Position numbers and translations under genes: made by a program. Below, one piece after another: positions 13,626 through 27,440 of a stretch of 64,000 nucleotides of DNA. Source of the DNA: Octopus vulgaris (lineage: Eukaryota); the NCBI GenBank assembly GCA_951406725.2, contig OX597843.1:4526001-4590000 (forward strand), read 5' to 3'. The notes below the pieces were generated by a model. That model was given only the letters and a program-made list of their open reading frames with translations, was not told where the DNA came from and did not search any database. Numbering within the stretch: position 1 is the stretch's first letter; the number at the start of each line of letters is the position of its first letter.

Positions 13626-14026
13626 TCTCTTTTACTGGTTTCAGTCATTTGACTGCGGCCATGCTGGAGCACCGCCTTTAGTCGAGCAAATCGACCCCGG
13701 GACTTATTCTTTGTAAGCCCAGTACTTATTCTATTGGTCTCTTTTGCTGAACCGCTAAGTGACGGGGACGTAAGCACACCAGCATCGGTTGTCAAGCAAT
13801 GCTAGGGGGACAAACACAGACACACAAACACACACACACATACGTATATATATACATATATACGACAGGCTTCTTTCAGTTTCCGTCTACCAAATCCACT
13901 CACAAGGCATTGGTCGGCCCGGGGCTATAGCAGAAGACACTCGCCCAAGATGCCACGCAGTGGGACTGAACCCGGAACCATGTGGTTGGTTAGCAAGCTA
14001 CTTACCACACAGCCACTCCTGCGCCT
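13626..14026 (-). mobile_element. tRNA-derived CORE-type SINE (family A)
   Basis: Minus-strand head GGCGCAGGAGTGGCTGTGTGG (A box), GGTTCAGTCCC (B box) and a CTTGGGCAAGT-like core. Other copies at about 14,335-14,719, 16,932-17,516, 19,150-19,500, 31,146-31,458, 33,132-33,432, 44,545-44,862, 53,298-53,660 (+), 59,941-60,331 and 62,928-63,310. Confidence 0.9.
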
Positions 14027-14513
14027 ATATATACAGTATAGTATAAAAATGGTAATTGATTCTAAGGGATGGTCATCCAGATATCAAAACTACTGTATAT
14101 TGTGAAATATACCACAATCTACCACGTGCATGAGTTTCATTAACACTGAGATAGCAGAACCCCAAAACATTGGGTTGGCCTAATACTTTTGGCCAAGGCT
14201 GTATGTATGTAGCTATATAAGAACACAGATGGGTTGAGATTCACTATAGCTGTTTCGAACACATTATTTATTTTTTTGGTGACCAAATCACTTATATCCT
14301 GAAAAAAAACTGTTTTTTTCTACATGAATACTCTTACTCTTTACTCTTTTACTTGTTGCAGTCATTTGACTGTGGCCATGCTGGAGCACCGCCTTTAGTC
14401 GAGCACATCGACCCCAGGACTTATTCTCTTTTTTTTCATTTGCCAAACCGCTAAGTTACTGGGACGTAAACACACCAGCATCTGTTGGGGGGACAGACAC
14501 ACATACATATATA

Positions 14514-14546
<33 letters not shown>

Positions 14547-14718
14547 GCATATATACGACGGGATTCTTTCAGTCTCCGTCTACCAAATCCACTCACAAGG
14601 CATTGGTCGGCCCGAGGCTATAGCAGAAGACACTTGCCCAAGGTGCCACACAGTGGGGCTGAACCCGGAACCATGTGGTTGGTAAGCAAGCTACTTACCA
14701 CACAGCCACTCCTGCACC

Positions 14719-14756
<38 letters not shown>

Positions 14757-15162
14757 ATTTCACATTGCTGTAAATATGTACATATGCTCTCGTCAGCATA
14801 TATATGTCTTCTTTTTATTTTTTGTAAATGATTTGAACAAATTTTTATTGTTAAATTACCTTTGAGAGAAGGCATCATTGTCACTACATCTGCTTTGATC
14901 TCTCTTCTCTCCTGCACACCTCACAGACATACACCTGTTTTCATTCCTTGGTATTATTAATTTTCAGACATGGATTGAAACATTTTTCATAACTCTTGTT
15001 TAAAAATTTCAAAATATATGTAATTTTTTTTTCTTGAATAAAAATGTACCAACAACAAATACTTTGTCCAAAAGACTTTTTTTTAATGTACCCAAGTCTG
15101 TTCCCCGTTTTTTTAGGAGCAGGTAACCACAAGATGCACACCAGGTATTCCAGTCATTTAAG

Positions 15163-15920
15163 GAGGCGAGCTGGCAGAAACGTTGGCACGCCGGGCAAAA
15201 TGCTTAGCGGTATTTCGTCTGCATTACGTTGTGAGTTCAAATTCCGCCGAGGTTCACCTTACTTTACATCCTTTCGGGGTCGATAAATTAAGTACCAGTT
15301 ATGCACTGGGGTCGAGGTAATCGACTTAGTACCTATGTCTGTCCTTGTTTGTCTCCTCTGTGTTTAGCCCCTTGTGGGTAATAAAGAAATAGGTATTTTG
15401 TCTGCCATTACGTTCTGAGTTCAAATTCCGCCGAGGTCGACTTTGCCTTTCATCCTTTCGGGGTCGATAAATTAAGTACCAATTACGCACTGGGGTCGAT
15501 ATGATCGACTTAATCCCTTTGTCTGTCCTTTGTCTCCTCTGTGTTTAGCCCCTTGTAGGTAATAAAGAAATAGGTCTTTCATCCTTTCGGGGTCGATAAA
15601 TTAACCCTTTAGTGTTCAGATTATTCAATCAAACATAATGCCTATTGATTCCCATTGATTTGAATTAATCATGCATTATCTCATATCTTCAAGATCTTGA
15701 TGGTGTAATTACTTAATGTAGAATAACATTGTAGGGTAGGTGTGAGGGCCTGGATCTGGTCAGTTTGAACATAAAACAGATTAAATATTTTGGCCGGTTT
15801 AAATACGAAAGGGTTAAGTACCAGTTACGCACTGGGGGTCGATATAATCGACTTAATACCTATGTCTGTCCTTGTTTGTCTCCTCTGTGTTTAGCCCCTT
15901 GTGGGTAATAAAGAAATAGG
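15163..15920 (+). mobile_element. tRNA-derived SINE family B (Meta-domain-like core), tandem multimer
   Basis: Head GGCGAGCTGGCAGAAACG...GAGTTCAAATTCC, with core GCCTTTCATCCTTTCGGGGTCGATAAATTAAGTACC repeated about every 185 bp. Other copies at about 21,260-21,630 (-), 40,880-41,097 (-), 50,646-50,815, 57,654-58,062 and 60,613-61,130. Confidence 0.85.
15605..15813. mobile_element. piggyBac-type MITE nested in SINE B
   Basis: It splits the SINE core GATAAA-TTAA-GTACC with a duplicated TTAA (15,601-04 and 15,814-17). Same family as 12,598-12,818. Confidence 0.85.
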
Positions 15921-17519
15921 TATTCCATTCATTTTCCAGCTCAAAGAGGCGAGCCTTGTTCTATGCTCGGGTCAACGCATAGCACATAACCCCCACTATC
16001 AGCAGCGGGGCCCAACAGCGTATGCTAATTTACCCCCCGCCGCATCATGCTGGTTCTGTACCCCTTTGAACAACATGAAATTCACTCATCTGTGTATGAA
16101 GACTCCAAGATTTAATTTACCAAAGCCTATTCCTCATAGGAGGGGGTGGCCACAACAAGACACACCAGGCATTTCGTTCATTTCCCAGCTCAAAGATGTG
16201 AGCCCCATCCTATGCTCGAGTCCAGACAGGGAGCACAACCCCGAATATCCCCTGTGGGGCCTGACAGTATATGCTGGTTTACCCTCTCCACATCATGCTG
16301 GTCCCGTACCCCTTTGAGCAGCTTCAAAATTCACTCATCCACCCACAAACACTCTCCAAGCTTTCCTATCCTTCATAAACTCTCTTTCCTCTCTCACTCT
16401 TTCATTCTTTTACTTGTTTCAGTCATTTGACTGTAGCCATGCTGGAGCACTGCCTTTAAGGGTATTTTTTTAGTTGAAGAAATCAACCTCAGGGCTTATT
16501 CTTTGTAAACCTAGTACTTATTCTACCAGTCCATGTTGCTGAACTGCTAAGTTACAGGGATGTAAGCACACCAACATCGATCATCAAGTGATGGTGAGGG
16601 TACAAACACACACACACCAAAGCTTTCCTCACTCCATCTATCCACCCATCCACACAAACTGAGATCTGTCTCTGGTTCCGCTGCCCACCACTTCAGCCCT
16701 CTTCACCCTCCTTACCATCTGCTCCTCATCCATCCTCTCCATGTGGCCAACCACCTCAACATTCATCAATCCATTTTGGTTGTTAGTTTTCCTCTCATTC
16801 CTGCTCACCTTCGCACCTCCTCATTCCTCATCCTGTCCATCCGTGCCACACCAACCAGAGCCCTCAGACACCTCATCTCAAACACATCTCGTCGGCCCTT
16901 TTCTACCTCTCTCCGCCCCCACATCTCTCTCTACTCTTTTTACTTGTTTCAGTCATTTGACTGTGGCCATGCTGGAGCACCACCTTTGGTCGAGCAAATC
17001 GACCCCGGGACTTATTCGTTGTAAGCCCAGTACTTATTCTATCGGTCTCTTTTGCCGAACCGCTAAGTGACGGGGATGTAAACACACCAGCATCGGTTGT
17101 CAAGCAATGCTAGGGGGACAAACACCGACGCACAAACACACACATACATATATATACGACGGGCTTCTTTCAGTTTCCGTCTACCAAATCCACTCACAAG
17201 GCATTGGTCGGCCCGGGGCTATAGTAGAAGACATGTGCCCAAGGTGCCACGCAGTGGGACTGAACCCGGAACGATTGTGGTTGGTTTGCAAGCTACTTAC
17301 CACACAGCCACTCCTGCGCCTATATATATATATACACACAAACATTCATATATACGACGGGCTTCTTTCAGTTTCCGTCTACCAAATCCACTCACAAGGC
17401 ATTGGTCGGCCCGGGGCTATAGCAGAAGACACTTGCCCAAGGTGCCACGCAGTGGGACTGAACCCGGAACCATGTGGTTGGTTAGCAAGCTACTTACCAC
17501 ACAGCTGCTCCTGCGCCAC

Positions 17520-17830
17520 ATCTCTGCACCATTTAACATTGTCAGCACAATCACTCCCTCATACACACCTGTTTTTGCTTTCATAATCAACCCTTTATCC
17601 CTCAGCATACCTTTCACAACACCAAGTACCTTACTCCCCTCCCTCACCCTCTACATCCCACTTCCTCAGCCAACCCCTCATCCACCGCCACAAGTGATCC
17701 CAGATACTCAAAAACACCCACCTCCTCCAACATCTCACCATTTATACCCACCTCCATCCTACCTGCCATTCCATCTCTTGAACATCTCCTCACCTTCTTC
17801 AATCTCATGCGGACGTCCTGTGTATAGTTC
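17520..17830 (-). mobile_element. RTE-clade LINE RT C-terminal fragment
   Basis: INGEMLEEVGVFEYLGSLV and KAKTGVYEGVIVLTMLNGAEMW. Confidence 0.75.
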
Positions 17831-18559
17831 TGCAAATTATATTTTGCTATGACGATCATACTGATGAGTTGCGGATAATTGCGGAAGTGGTAACAATGAA
17901 ACCAGGTTTGTGATTAATCTGTATATTTTGTATCTTTTCATTTTTCTTGCTTATTCATGTTCTGGCGTTTGCTAAATTTTCTTGAGAACATTCCTTTCTT
18001 AGTGGTAAGACCATAGGGGTTCGCTTCTAGCATAATGGATGTCCACTTACAGGTCATCCCTCTTATTTGTATGTAATATAATTTTTCTGATTCTTCAGAT
18101 TTTTCAATATGCTAGACCACTAGTTTTAAATTGATATTAATCAAATTAATATTCAATTTTTCATCTTTATTCATCATCATTTAGCGTCCGCTTTCCATGC
18201 TAGCATGTATATATATAATTATTGTATATATATAATTATTATTTGAGGGAATAAAATCCAAACTTACAAGGAAAAAGAATTCAATTTAGAAATAGTAAAT
18301 CAAATTTCACACAATATAATATATATATAAAAAATTAGAAAAAAACACCTTTTATCAATTCAAAATGAACAATTAAATTACACCATCTAGAAAATTACAT
18401 ATTATAGAAAAGTTAAAATTAAAATACACACATATATATATGTGGGTGTCTTCTACTATTGCACTGGGCCGACCAAAGCCTTGTGAATGGATTTGAAAAG
18501 AATGAAGACATCAGTATATAGAAATGTATGAGGGGCTGTGATGAATCAGAAGCGCTGAG

Positions 18560-18785
18560 AACTGAGCCCTTGCTTGATTGCAGCAGATTTGTGATGGGTA
18601 GTAAAATTAAAAGAAGGGTCTTTAACGAGTATGTCCTACAAGTGATGATTTGTGGCTGTGAAACATTGGCTCTTAGCACTGTCATTGTGAATGCCCTCAT
18701 TGTGGCCCAACGCAAAATGGAACGATTCATGCTCGACATCACATCGCGGGACGAGGAAACCAACGCCTGGATGGGAGTAAAAATT
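18560..18785 (+). mobile_element. RTE-clade LINE fragment
   Basis: KIKRRVFNEYVLQVMICGCETLAL...AQRKMERFMLDIT. Confidence 0.7.
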
Positions 18786-19669
18786 TAGGAGTAAAATTTG
18801 GTCAGCATTGTTGTTGTTGAGAAGATCCAAAACAGTCAGGTGAGTTATTTTCTCTTTTTTCAATAATTTTTTCCTCAACTTTCATCCGATCTTTTCGGTT
18901 TGAACGGCAGTTTTTTCTAGCAGCGTCATATGAAATTGTCACCCATAATTATGACTCTAGTATCGATCTATTGCATTTCAATCTGTTTCAGGGTTAGATG
19001 ATGTTGCATCTCTGATATCTGTGGATGGATATTGATGAGTATGGGTCTGTTTTCAAGTGTAATTCTGAAGAATTTGAAGGGACAAATTTACCTTATCTTA
19101 GCTTTCTCGTTGTCCCAATCAGATTTGTCTGTTATGTGTTCAAAGGGAATACTCTTTTACTTGTTTCAGTCATTTGACTGCGACCAAGCTGGAGCACCGC
19201 CTTTAGTCAAGCAAATCGACCCCGGGACTTATTCTATTGGTCGCTTTTGCCGAACCGCTAAGTGACAGGGACATAAACACACCAGCGTCGGTTGTCAAGC
19301 AATGCTAGGGGGACAAACACATACACACACACATATATATATACACATATACGACAGGCTTCTTTCAGTTTCCGTCTACCAAATCCACTCACAAGGCTTT
19401 GGTCGGCCCAAGGCTTTAGTAGAAGACACTTGTCCAAGGTGCCACGCAGTGGAACTGAACCCATGTGTTTGGTAAACAAGCTACTTACCACACAGCCACT
19501 GGCAATAATTTTCCGAAATCTGAGACATAGTGTATCTAGGACTACATTATCTAATGTGCCTCCCTTGTTACAAAGCATTAGTCCTGGGATCGATTTGCTC
19601 GACTAAAGGCGGTGCTCCAGCATGGCTGCAGTCAGATGACTGAATCAAGTAAAAGAGTAAAAAGAGTAT

Positions 19670-20720
19670 GCCTGAACATAAGATAGGATGGTCGCAACTG
19701 GAACGGCTTTGATCTGGGGCTAAAGAACAAGGAAGGGCACGTCAGATAATGTAGTCTTCGATACACTATGCCTGAATAAAAAACAGGAATTAGTGCATCT
19801 TTGATGATAGGTCTGCTGGATCAAGGCTGACCAGGGGTTAAACAACAAGGAAAGAGACATTAGATAATGTAGTCCTAGGTACACTATGTCTGAATGAATA
19901 AAAAACGAACTGGGGGCATCTTTGATCACAGGTCTGCTGGATCAGGACTGACCTGGGGCTAAACAAAAACAATAGGACACATTGGATAATGTAGTCCTAG
20001 ATACACTATGCCGGAATAAAAGACAGGATGGTCACAGCTGGAACGTCTTTGATCATAGGTCTGTCTGGATCAGGACTGACCTGGGGCTAAACAACAAGGA
20101 AGGACACATTAGATAATGTAGTCCTAGATACACTATGTCTGAATAAAAGACGGGATGGTCACAGCTGGAACATCTTTGATCATAGGTCTACTGGATCAGG
20201 ACTGACCTGGGGCTAAACAACAAGGAAGGACACATTAGATAATGTAGTCCTAGATAGACTATGCCTGAATAAAAGACAGGGATGATCACGGCTGGTACAT
20301 CTTTGATCATAGGTCAGTCTGGATCACGACTGACCTGGGGCTAAACAACAAGGAAGGACACATTAGATAATGTAGTCCTAGATACACTATGTCTGAATAA
20401 AAGACAGGATGGTCACAGCTGGAACATCTTTGATCATAGGTCTGTCTGGATCAGGACTGACCTGGGGCTAAACAACAAGGAAGGACACATTAGATAATGT
20501 AGTCCTAGATACACTCTGCCTGAATAAAAGACAGGATGGTCACAGCTGGAACATCTTTGATCATAGGTCTGTCTGGATCAGGACTGACCTGGGGCTAAAC
20601 AGCAAGGAAGGACACATTAGATAATGTAGTCCTAGATACACTATGCCTGAAAAGAAAAACAAGGCTGGGAATAGAAGGAAGGTACATTAGATAATTTATC
20701 CCTAGATACACTGTGCCTGA
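19670..20720 (+). repeat. Minisatellite of about 126 bp, about 8 units
   Basis: CACATTAGATAATGTAGTCCTAGATACACTATG...CTGGGGCTAAACAACAAGG recurs near 19,860, 19,982, 20,109, 20,235, 20,364, 20,490 and 20,617. Confidence 0.9.
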
Positions 20721-22409
20721 ATTAGGAGGAGATGTTCGTGGCTGGAACGTCGTTGGTCTGTCATAGATGAAAGATGGATTATGTGGGCGAAATAACAATA
20801 TTTTAAGCAAAAGATGCGAAAGACGGATAAAGCAGCATCCCCGATGCGAACCCCCCACCTCTCTGTCTCTCTCTCTCCTTGCTCCCTTCTTCTCCATCCG
20901 TTCCCATTGTCTCCTTTCTCCTGTGTCGTGGTTTGAGTGTGACAGCGGCTTAGGGACTTCTGTCCACTTGAGTGAACACTCAGAGCCGGCCGAGTGACAC
21001 TTTCGCCTCATTATCAGAGCAGAAAAATCTGCGCGTGCGGGAGCGGAGGGAGGACAATCCCTTTGTGTGAATAGCGAAATTGCTAACGGTGTCGCGTGTA
21101 ATTTATACCTCGTTTACTCAAATGTCCGGACACCTTAAATTAAACCGGTGTCAGTGATACGTTTATAATTTAGTTGTAAAATTCCTTCTCTTCTATCTTT
21201 CTGTCTGTCCGGAGTTTGCCCCTTTTTATATACAGGCTGTCTATAAATTATTTTTGCATTTATCGACACCAAAGGGATGAAAGGCAAAGTCGACCTCGGC
21301 GGAATTTGAACTCAGAACGTAACGGCAGACGAAATACCTATTTCTTTACTACCCACAAGGGTCCAAACACAGAGAGGACAAACAAGGACAGACAAAAGGA
21401 TTAAGTCGATTACATCGACCCCAGTGTGTAACTGGTACTTAATTTATCGACCCCGAAAGGATGAAAGGCAAAGTCGACCTCGTCAGAATTTGAACTCAGA
21501 ACGTAACGGCAGACGAAATACCTATTTCTTTGCTACCCACAAGGGGCTATACACAGAGAGGAGAAACAAGGACAGACAAACGGTATAAGTCGATTATATC
21601 GACCCCAGTGCATAACTGGTACTTATTTAATCTGCTCACAAGGCTTTGATCGATTCGGGGCTATAACAGAAAACACTTCCATGAAGTGGAATTGAACCCG
21701 GATACATGCAGATGGGAAGCAGCCTTCTTACCACACAGCTACGCCTGCTAAGTTATCCTCCTTTTTCATTTTTTTTCTAAGTGGAAACTGAAAGAAGCCC
21801 ATCGTATTTTGTGCGTGTGTGTGTATCTCACGACCGCCAATATTGGCGTGTTTATGACCAGGTAACTTAGCAGTTCGGCAAAAGAGACCGATAAAAGTGC
21901 CTTCTACTGACCTTGAGTGTATTTGGTAGATGGAAACTGAAAGAAGCCCGTCGTATATTGTGTGTGTGTGTCTCACCACCGCTCGACAGCCAATATTGGT
22001 GTGTTTATGACCAGGTAACTTAGCAGTTCGGCAAAAGAGACCGATAAAAGTGCCTTCTAGGGCTGATCAAAGCCTTGAGTGGATTTGGTAGATAGAAACT
22101 GAAAGAAGCCCTTCGTATATTGTGTGTGTGTCTCACCACCGCTTGACAGCCAATATTGGCGTGTTTATGACCAGGTAACTTAGCAGTTCGGCAAAAGATG
22201 CCGATAAAATAATTACTAGTCTTAAAAGAAAGTACAAGTCCTGGGGTCGATAAATTTGACTAAAAAAAAGGTTCATGGCCCCAATTCAGTAATTGAAACG
22301 GCTGAAAGATAGACACACGTGCGCACATTATCTCGTCTCTTGTCCAAGACCGAATGTCGGATTTGGAAATGGGAGAGGAAAGTCCGAGAGGAGATGGGAG
22401 GGTAAAGTG

Positions 22410-22995
22410 TGAACCAGTGTGTGTGTGTGTATAGGTGTCTGTGCGTGTGTGTGTGTATAGGTGTCTGTGCGTGTGTGTGTGTGTGTGTGTGTATGTGAGA
22501 GTGTCGGGTTTTTTTCCCCCTGCTGTATTGAAGTTGTGTGCGTGTGTATATATATATATGAATAGTGTTTGTGTGTGTGTGAATATGAGAGAAGTTTGTG
22601 CGTGTATATGTATGTTGAGATTGTGCGTGTGTGTGTTGTGTTTCGTTTTGGTTATGTGTTTGTGAAAATGGGTGTGATTATGAGAGAGAGTGTATATGTA
22701 TGAGTGTATATATATATATATAGTGTTTGTATGTATATATAAATAGTGTTTGTATGTGTGTATATATATATATATAAATAGTGTTTGTATGTGTGTATAG
22801 TGTTTGTATGTGTGTGTGTATATATAAATAGTGTTTATATGTGTGTGTATATATAGTGTTTGTATGTGTGTGTATATATAAATAGTGTTTGTATGTGTGT
22901 ATAGTGTTTGTGTGTGTGTATATAAATAGTGTTTGTTTGTGTGTGTGAATATGAGATAAGTTTGTGTGATGTTTTATATCGTATGTTTGTGCGTG

Positions 22996-23028
<33 letters not shown>

Positions 23029-23931
23029 TGAGATTGTGTGTGGAAAGATCGTTATTGTGTGAACATGGGTGTGATTATGAGAGAGAGTGTGTATATGTGT
23101 GTTGTGTTGCGTGTGTATATATTAAGGTTGTGTGTAGGTGTGTGAATGAGAGTTGCACGTGTATATTGTAGTGTGTGTGTGTGTATACATTGTGCTTGTG
23201 AGTGAATGTGTTTTATTGTATTGCGTGTGTATATATATATATATATTGAAGTCGTGCGTGTATATGAGAGAATGATGAATTGTGTTGTACGTGTGTGTGT
23301 ATATGTTGAGAGTATGTATGTGTGAGAGAGAGTGTATAGTGTTTCCTGTTGTGTGTGATCATAAGTGTGTATATGAGAGAGAAAGTGTGTATATATGTAA
23401 ATGTTGTGTGTCTATATATTAAAGTTGTGTGTAGGGTGTGTATAGGCTATTTATATGTGAGAGTGTGTGTGAGTATATATTGTTTTGTGGTGTTTGTATG
23501 TGAACATGAAGTGTGTATATAAGAGAGAATGTATGTGTTTGTTACGTGTGTGTATATATATATGTCGTATTTTGCCTGAGTGGATGTGTGTGTGTCGTTG
23601 TTTGTGTATATATGCTGCTCTGTGTATGTGTGTGTGCGCGCGCGTGTGTATGCATGTAAGGGAGAGTGTGGTCATTGTTGTGAGTGAAGGCGTGAATGTG
23701 TATGTGAGTGAAGAAGTGAGTGTGTGTGTGAGTATTGTCGCTCTCGATTGAGTGTGGCCGTTCCTAAGTGAGTGTGTGTCTGCATAGTGTATATGCTGTA
23801 TGTGTGAGTGAGTGCGTGCGTGCGTTTGTGAGCGCGTGCACGTATCTGTGGAGTTGAGTGCGCGTTAGTGAGTGAGTGTGTCTGCCTGTGTGAGTGTACG
23901 CATGAGTGTATATATATATATATCAGGATGC

Positions 23932-23970
<39 letters not shown>

Positions 23971-25100
23971 TGCATGGAAGTATGTAGTGTGTGCATGTGT
24001 AGCAATATTGTTTTGAAACTGCCATGCTACACATGTATATACATATATATACATATATATATATATATATCCTTTAAAATGTTTTAGCCCGAAGGCCGCG
24101 GCCATGCTGGGGCACCACCACTGTATATGAATGTATGTTTGTGTATATTGCATGTATGTATATTTGTATAAAAGTATGTATGCATGAATATATATTCATA
24201 CATGTGCGTATACATGCATGTATATATATGCATGGAAGTATGTATGCATGTATATACATATATATATATATATATATAAATCCTTTAAAATGTTTGCATG
24301 AATGTATATACATATATATACATATATATATATATAAATCCTTTAAAATGTTTTAGCCCGAAGGCCGCGGCCATGCTGGGGCACCACCACTGTATATGAA
24401 TGTATGTTTGTGTATATTGCATGTATGTATATTTGTATAAAAGTATGTATGCATGAATATATATTCATACATGTGCGTATACATGCATGTATATATATGC
24501 ATGGAAGTATGTATGCATGTATATACATATATATATATATATATATAAATCCTTTAAAATGTTTGCATGAATATATATATATTCATATACATACATACAT
24601 GCATGCATGCGTGTGTGTTTTTTTTTGTATGAATACGTGTGTATATATCTTTGTATAACTGAAAATATATATATATTTAAGTCGTTTAAAAGTCCATAAG
24701 TCAGGAAAATGATGCACTCGTGTATCTGTGAATAAAGTGGTTGTGATAGATATATAATACTTATCTATAGATAAGTAGGTAGGTAGATAGATGGATAGAT
24801 AGATAGGTAGGTAGATAGATGGATAGATAGGTAGGTAGACAGACGAGAGACAGACAGATAGATAGATAGACAGATAGATGGATAGAGAGACAGACAGAGA
24901 TTTATAGATAGGTAGGTAGATAGATGGATAGAAAGATAGATAGACAGACAGATAGGTAGATAGATAGATAGACAGACAGATAAATAGATGGATAGGTAGG
25001 TAGGTAGATAGATATGTGTGTGAATGGATGAATGAGTGTTTATGTATTGCTGTTGTTACTATTCGATGAAAGTGAGTGAGAGAGTGACAGACAGACAGAC
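22410..25100. repeat. Low-complexity (TG)n/(TA)n/(GATA)n tract containing a 269-bp tandem duplication (about 24,060-24,600)
   Basis: Directly visible. Duplicated ORFs sit at 24,135 and 24,404. Confidence 0.9.
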
Positions 25101-25260
25101 AGAGTGAAAGAGTGTCAGCGCACGAGTGTGGTGAGTTGAGTGTGGCAAGCGGAGGGAGAGTGGAGTTTGTCATTATTCCGGACACTCCAACACGCCACGG
25201 AGAGGGAGAAAGAGCGGTTCTCCCTTTACAAGCGGCCGGTGGTGGACATCATCAACGACG

Positions 25261-25657
25261 ATGCCACAGCGGCGGAACACGACGGCAGTGACCGTGAAAG
25301 AAGAGGAACTCAGGGGTTACCTGCACGACATCGCAGACTTCAGACGGGGCAGAATCATAAGGAAAGGCCGGGAGGTGAAGAACGACATTGTGTACGTGGA
25401 GAAAGGCAACGACGGCTTCCTGTCGGACCGCGTTCGAATCCGTCCAACGGCGGTCACGGCCGCCACCACCACCACCACGTCCACCGCTGCCGCCTCTTAC
25501 AACAATAATAGCAGCAATGATAATGGCAGTAGGGTCCAGCCGTGGGCCCACTTGCAGAAACTAGGTCGGCGCATCTGGGTAGCCAAAGAGATCCTTATGT
25601 GTAGCGGTCAAATGAACTGTGAAAGGGAGTGCGGTGGAATGGGGCGGTGCAGAGACG
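25261..25657 (+). CDS. Orphan gene X, coding exon 1
   Basis: GC-rich ORF from ACGATGC, ending at donor G|GTGAGT (25,658), phase 1. The true start could lie further upstream. Confidence 0.78.
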
Positions 25658-26289
25658 GTGAGTGGAATCGCTTTGTTTCACTTTCGTTATTCCCTTCTTT
25701 TTCACTTTCTTTCTTGTCACCCTTTTTTCATTATTCTTTTTCCCCCACCCTTCCCTTTTTTCTTTATATCTTCTGTCCTTCCTTTATCTCTTATCTTCTT
25801 CGTTTTCGTTTTCTTTTCTTTGTATCTTCCCCGTCCGTCCGTCTTCCTATCGTCAGCCTCTTTCAATTATTCCTTGGTTCATTCACTTCGTCTGGTTTGT
25901 TTATTTTGATTTCACTATCGCTGGAGCCAACAACGACGATGATGTTTGTTGTTGATGATGCTGGCAGCAATGATGAAGATGACGATGATGGTGATAGCCA
26001 CATTGAATATAATAACGAGAAAAGATAATAATGATAATAATAACGGTGATGGTAATCAAGATGATAGTGACAATTATGATGCTAATTACGATAGTGATGC
26101 TGACGCCGATAAAGATGCTAATATTTAGAGCCAGGTTAGCTGAGATCCAGCAGCAGCCCTGGATTCAAAGACATCGTTCAGACTATGGACAATCCTATTA
26201 TTCCGTTTCTTTGCTTTCTTTTACCAGACACAGCCAAACCCATCTTGCTCTACATTTATCATTCAATTTGACCCCCTTTGTTGATGTTT

Positions 26290-27165
26290 AGCCCCTGGTC
26301 AGCTTAGATCCAGCGGAGCCATGATTTAAAACATGTCCCAGTTGCGACCATCCCGTCTTTTATTCAGGCACAGTGTATCTAGGGCTACATTATCTAACGT
26401 GTCCTTCCTTGTTGTTGTTTAGCCCCAGGTCAGTCCTGATCCAGGCAGACCTATGATCAAAGATGCTCCAACTGTGACCATCCTGTCTTTTATTCAGGCA
26501 TAGTGTATCTAGGGCTACATTATCTAATGTGTCCTTCCTTGTTGTTGTTTAGCCCCAGGTCAGTCCTGATCCAGACAGACCTATGATCAAAGATGCTCCA
26601 ACTCTGTGACCATCCTGTCTTTTATCCATGCATAGTGTACCTAGGACTACATTATCTAATGTGTCCTTTTTGTTGTTGTTTAGCCCCTGGTCAGTCCTGA
26701 TCCAGTCCTGATCCAGTAGACCTATGATCAAAGATGCCCCAACTGTGACCATCCCGTCTTTTATTCATGCATAGTGTATCTAGGGCTACATTATCTAATG
26801 TGTCCCCCTTGTTGTTTAGCCCCTGGTCACCTTTGATCCAGCAGAGCTATGATTTAAAGGATTTTCCAGTTGCGACCATCCCATCTTTATTCATGCATAG
26901 TGTACCTAGGACTACATTATCTAATGTGTCCCCCTTGTTGTTTAGCCCCTAGTCCGCTTAGATCCAGCAGAACTATGATTGAATAGATGTTCCAGTTGTG
27001 GCCATCCTGTCTTTTATTCAGGCATAGTGTACCTAGGACTACATTATCTAATGTGTTCTTCCTTGTTATTGTTTAGCCCCTGGTCAGCTTAGATCCAGCA
27101 GAGGTATGATTTAAAAGATGTTCCAGTTGTGGCCATCCTGTCTTTTATTCAGGCATAGTGTACCT
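26290..27165 (-). repeat. Second array of the 126-bp unit, inverted relative to 19.7-20.7 kb
   Basis: About 6-7 units of TAGTGTATCTAGGGCTACATTATCTAATGTG...TTTAGCCCCAGG. Confidence 0.88.
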
Positions 27166-27274
27166 TGATTTTAGTTTTGTATACGTGATTTTGATTGTTG
27201 CTATATGTGTGCAGTCGCACTGCACAGAGTTCTGTTCTGTTTGTGGCACGACGTTTTCAGCGTGGATTTTAGTT

Positions 27275-27440
27275 CTTGTCTTGTCTTGAGACAGCATCCA
27301 CCCGGGGTGGGTTGAGCTGGCTTTATTCATCCTCAATGCTGCATCTCTCACAAACGCCGACCAGGCCTGGCGATTTGAGGCCAACGACCGCGTGATCTCC
27401 AACCACTCCTTATTCCAGCGGCGAACACCGTAGACATGGG
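27275..27440 (-). mobile_element. 3' end of an RTE-type LINE
   Basis: LASNRQAWSAFVRDA...STHPG followed by an (ACAAG)n-like tail. Confidence 0.55.

Noticed and set aside
17097-17852. 251-aa ORF and similar recurring ORFs (YDGLLSVSVYQIHSQG)
   Set aside because: They are read-through of SINE family A and RTE fragments, not genes.
19670-20720. Regular repeats as a CRISPR-like array
   Set aside because: Units are similar over their whole length, with no unique spacers and no cas genes. The context is eukaryotic.
22410-25185. Cys/Val/Tyr/His-rich ORFs
   Set aside because: They are translations of dinucleotide and GATA microsatellites.
25658-26028. Hydrophobic continuation of the 255-aa ORF as transmembrane segments
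   Set aside because: It lies after a canonical donor and is pyrimidine-rich intron sequence.
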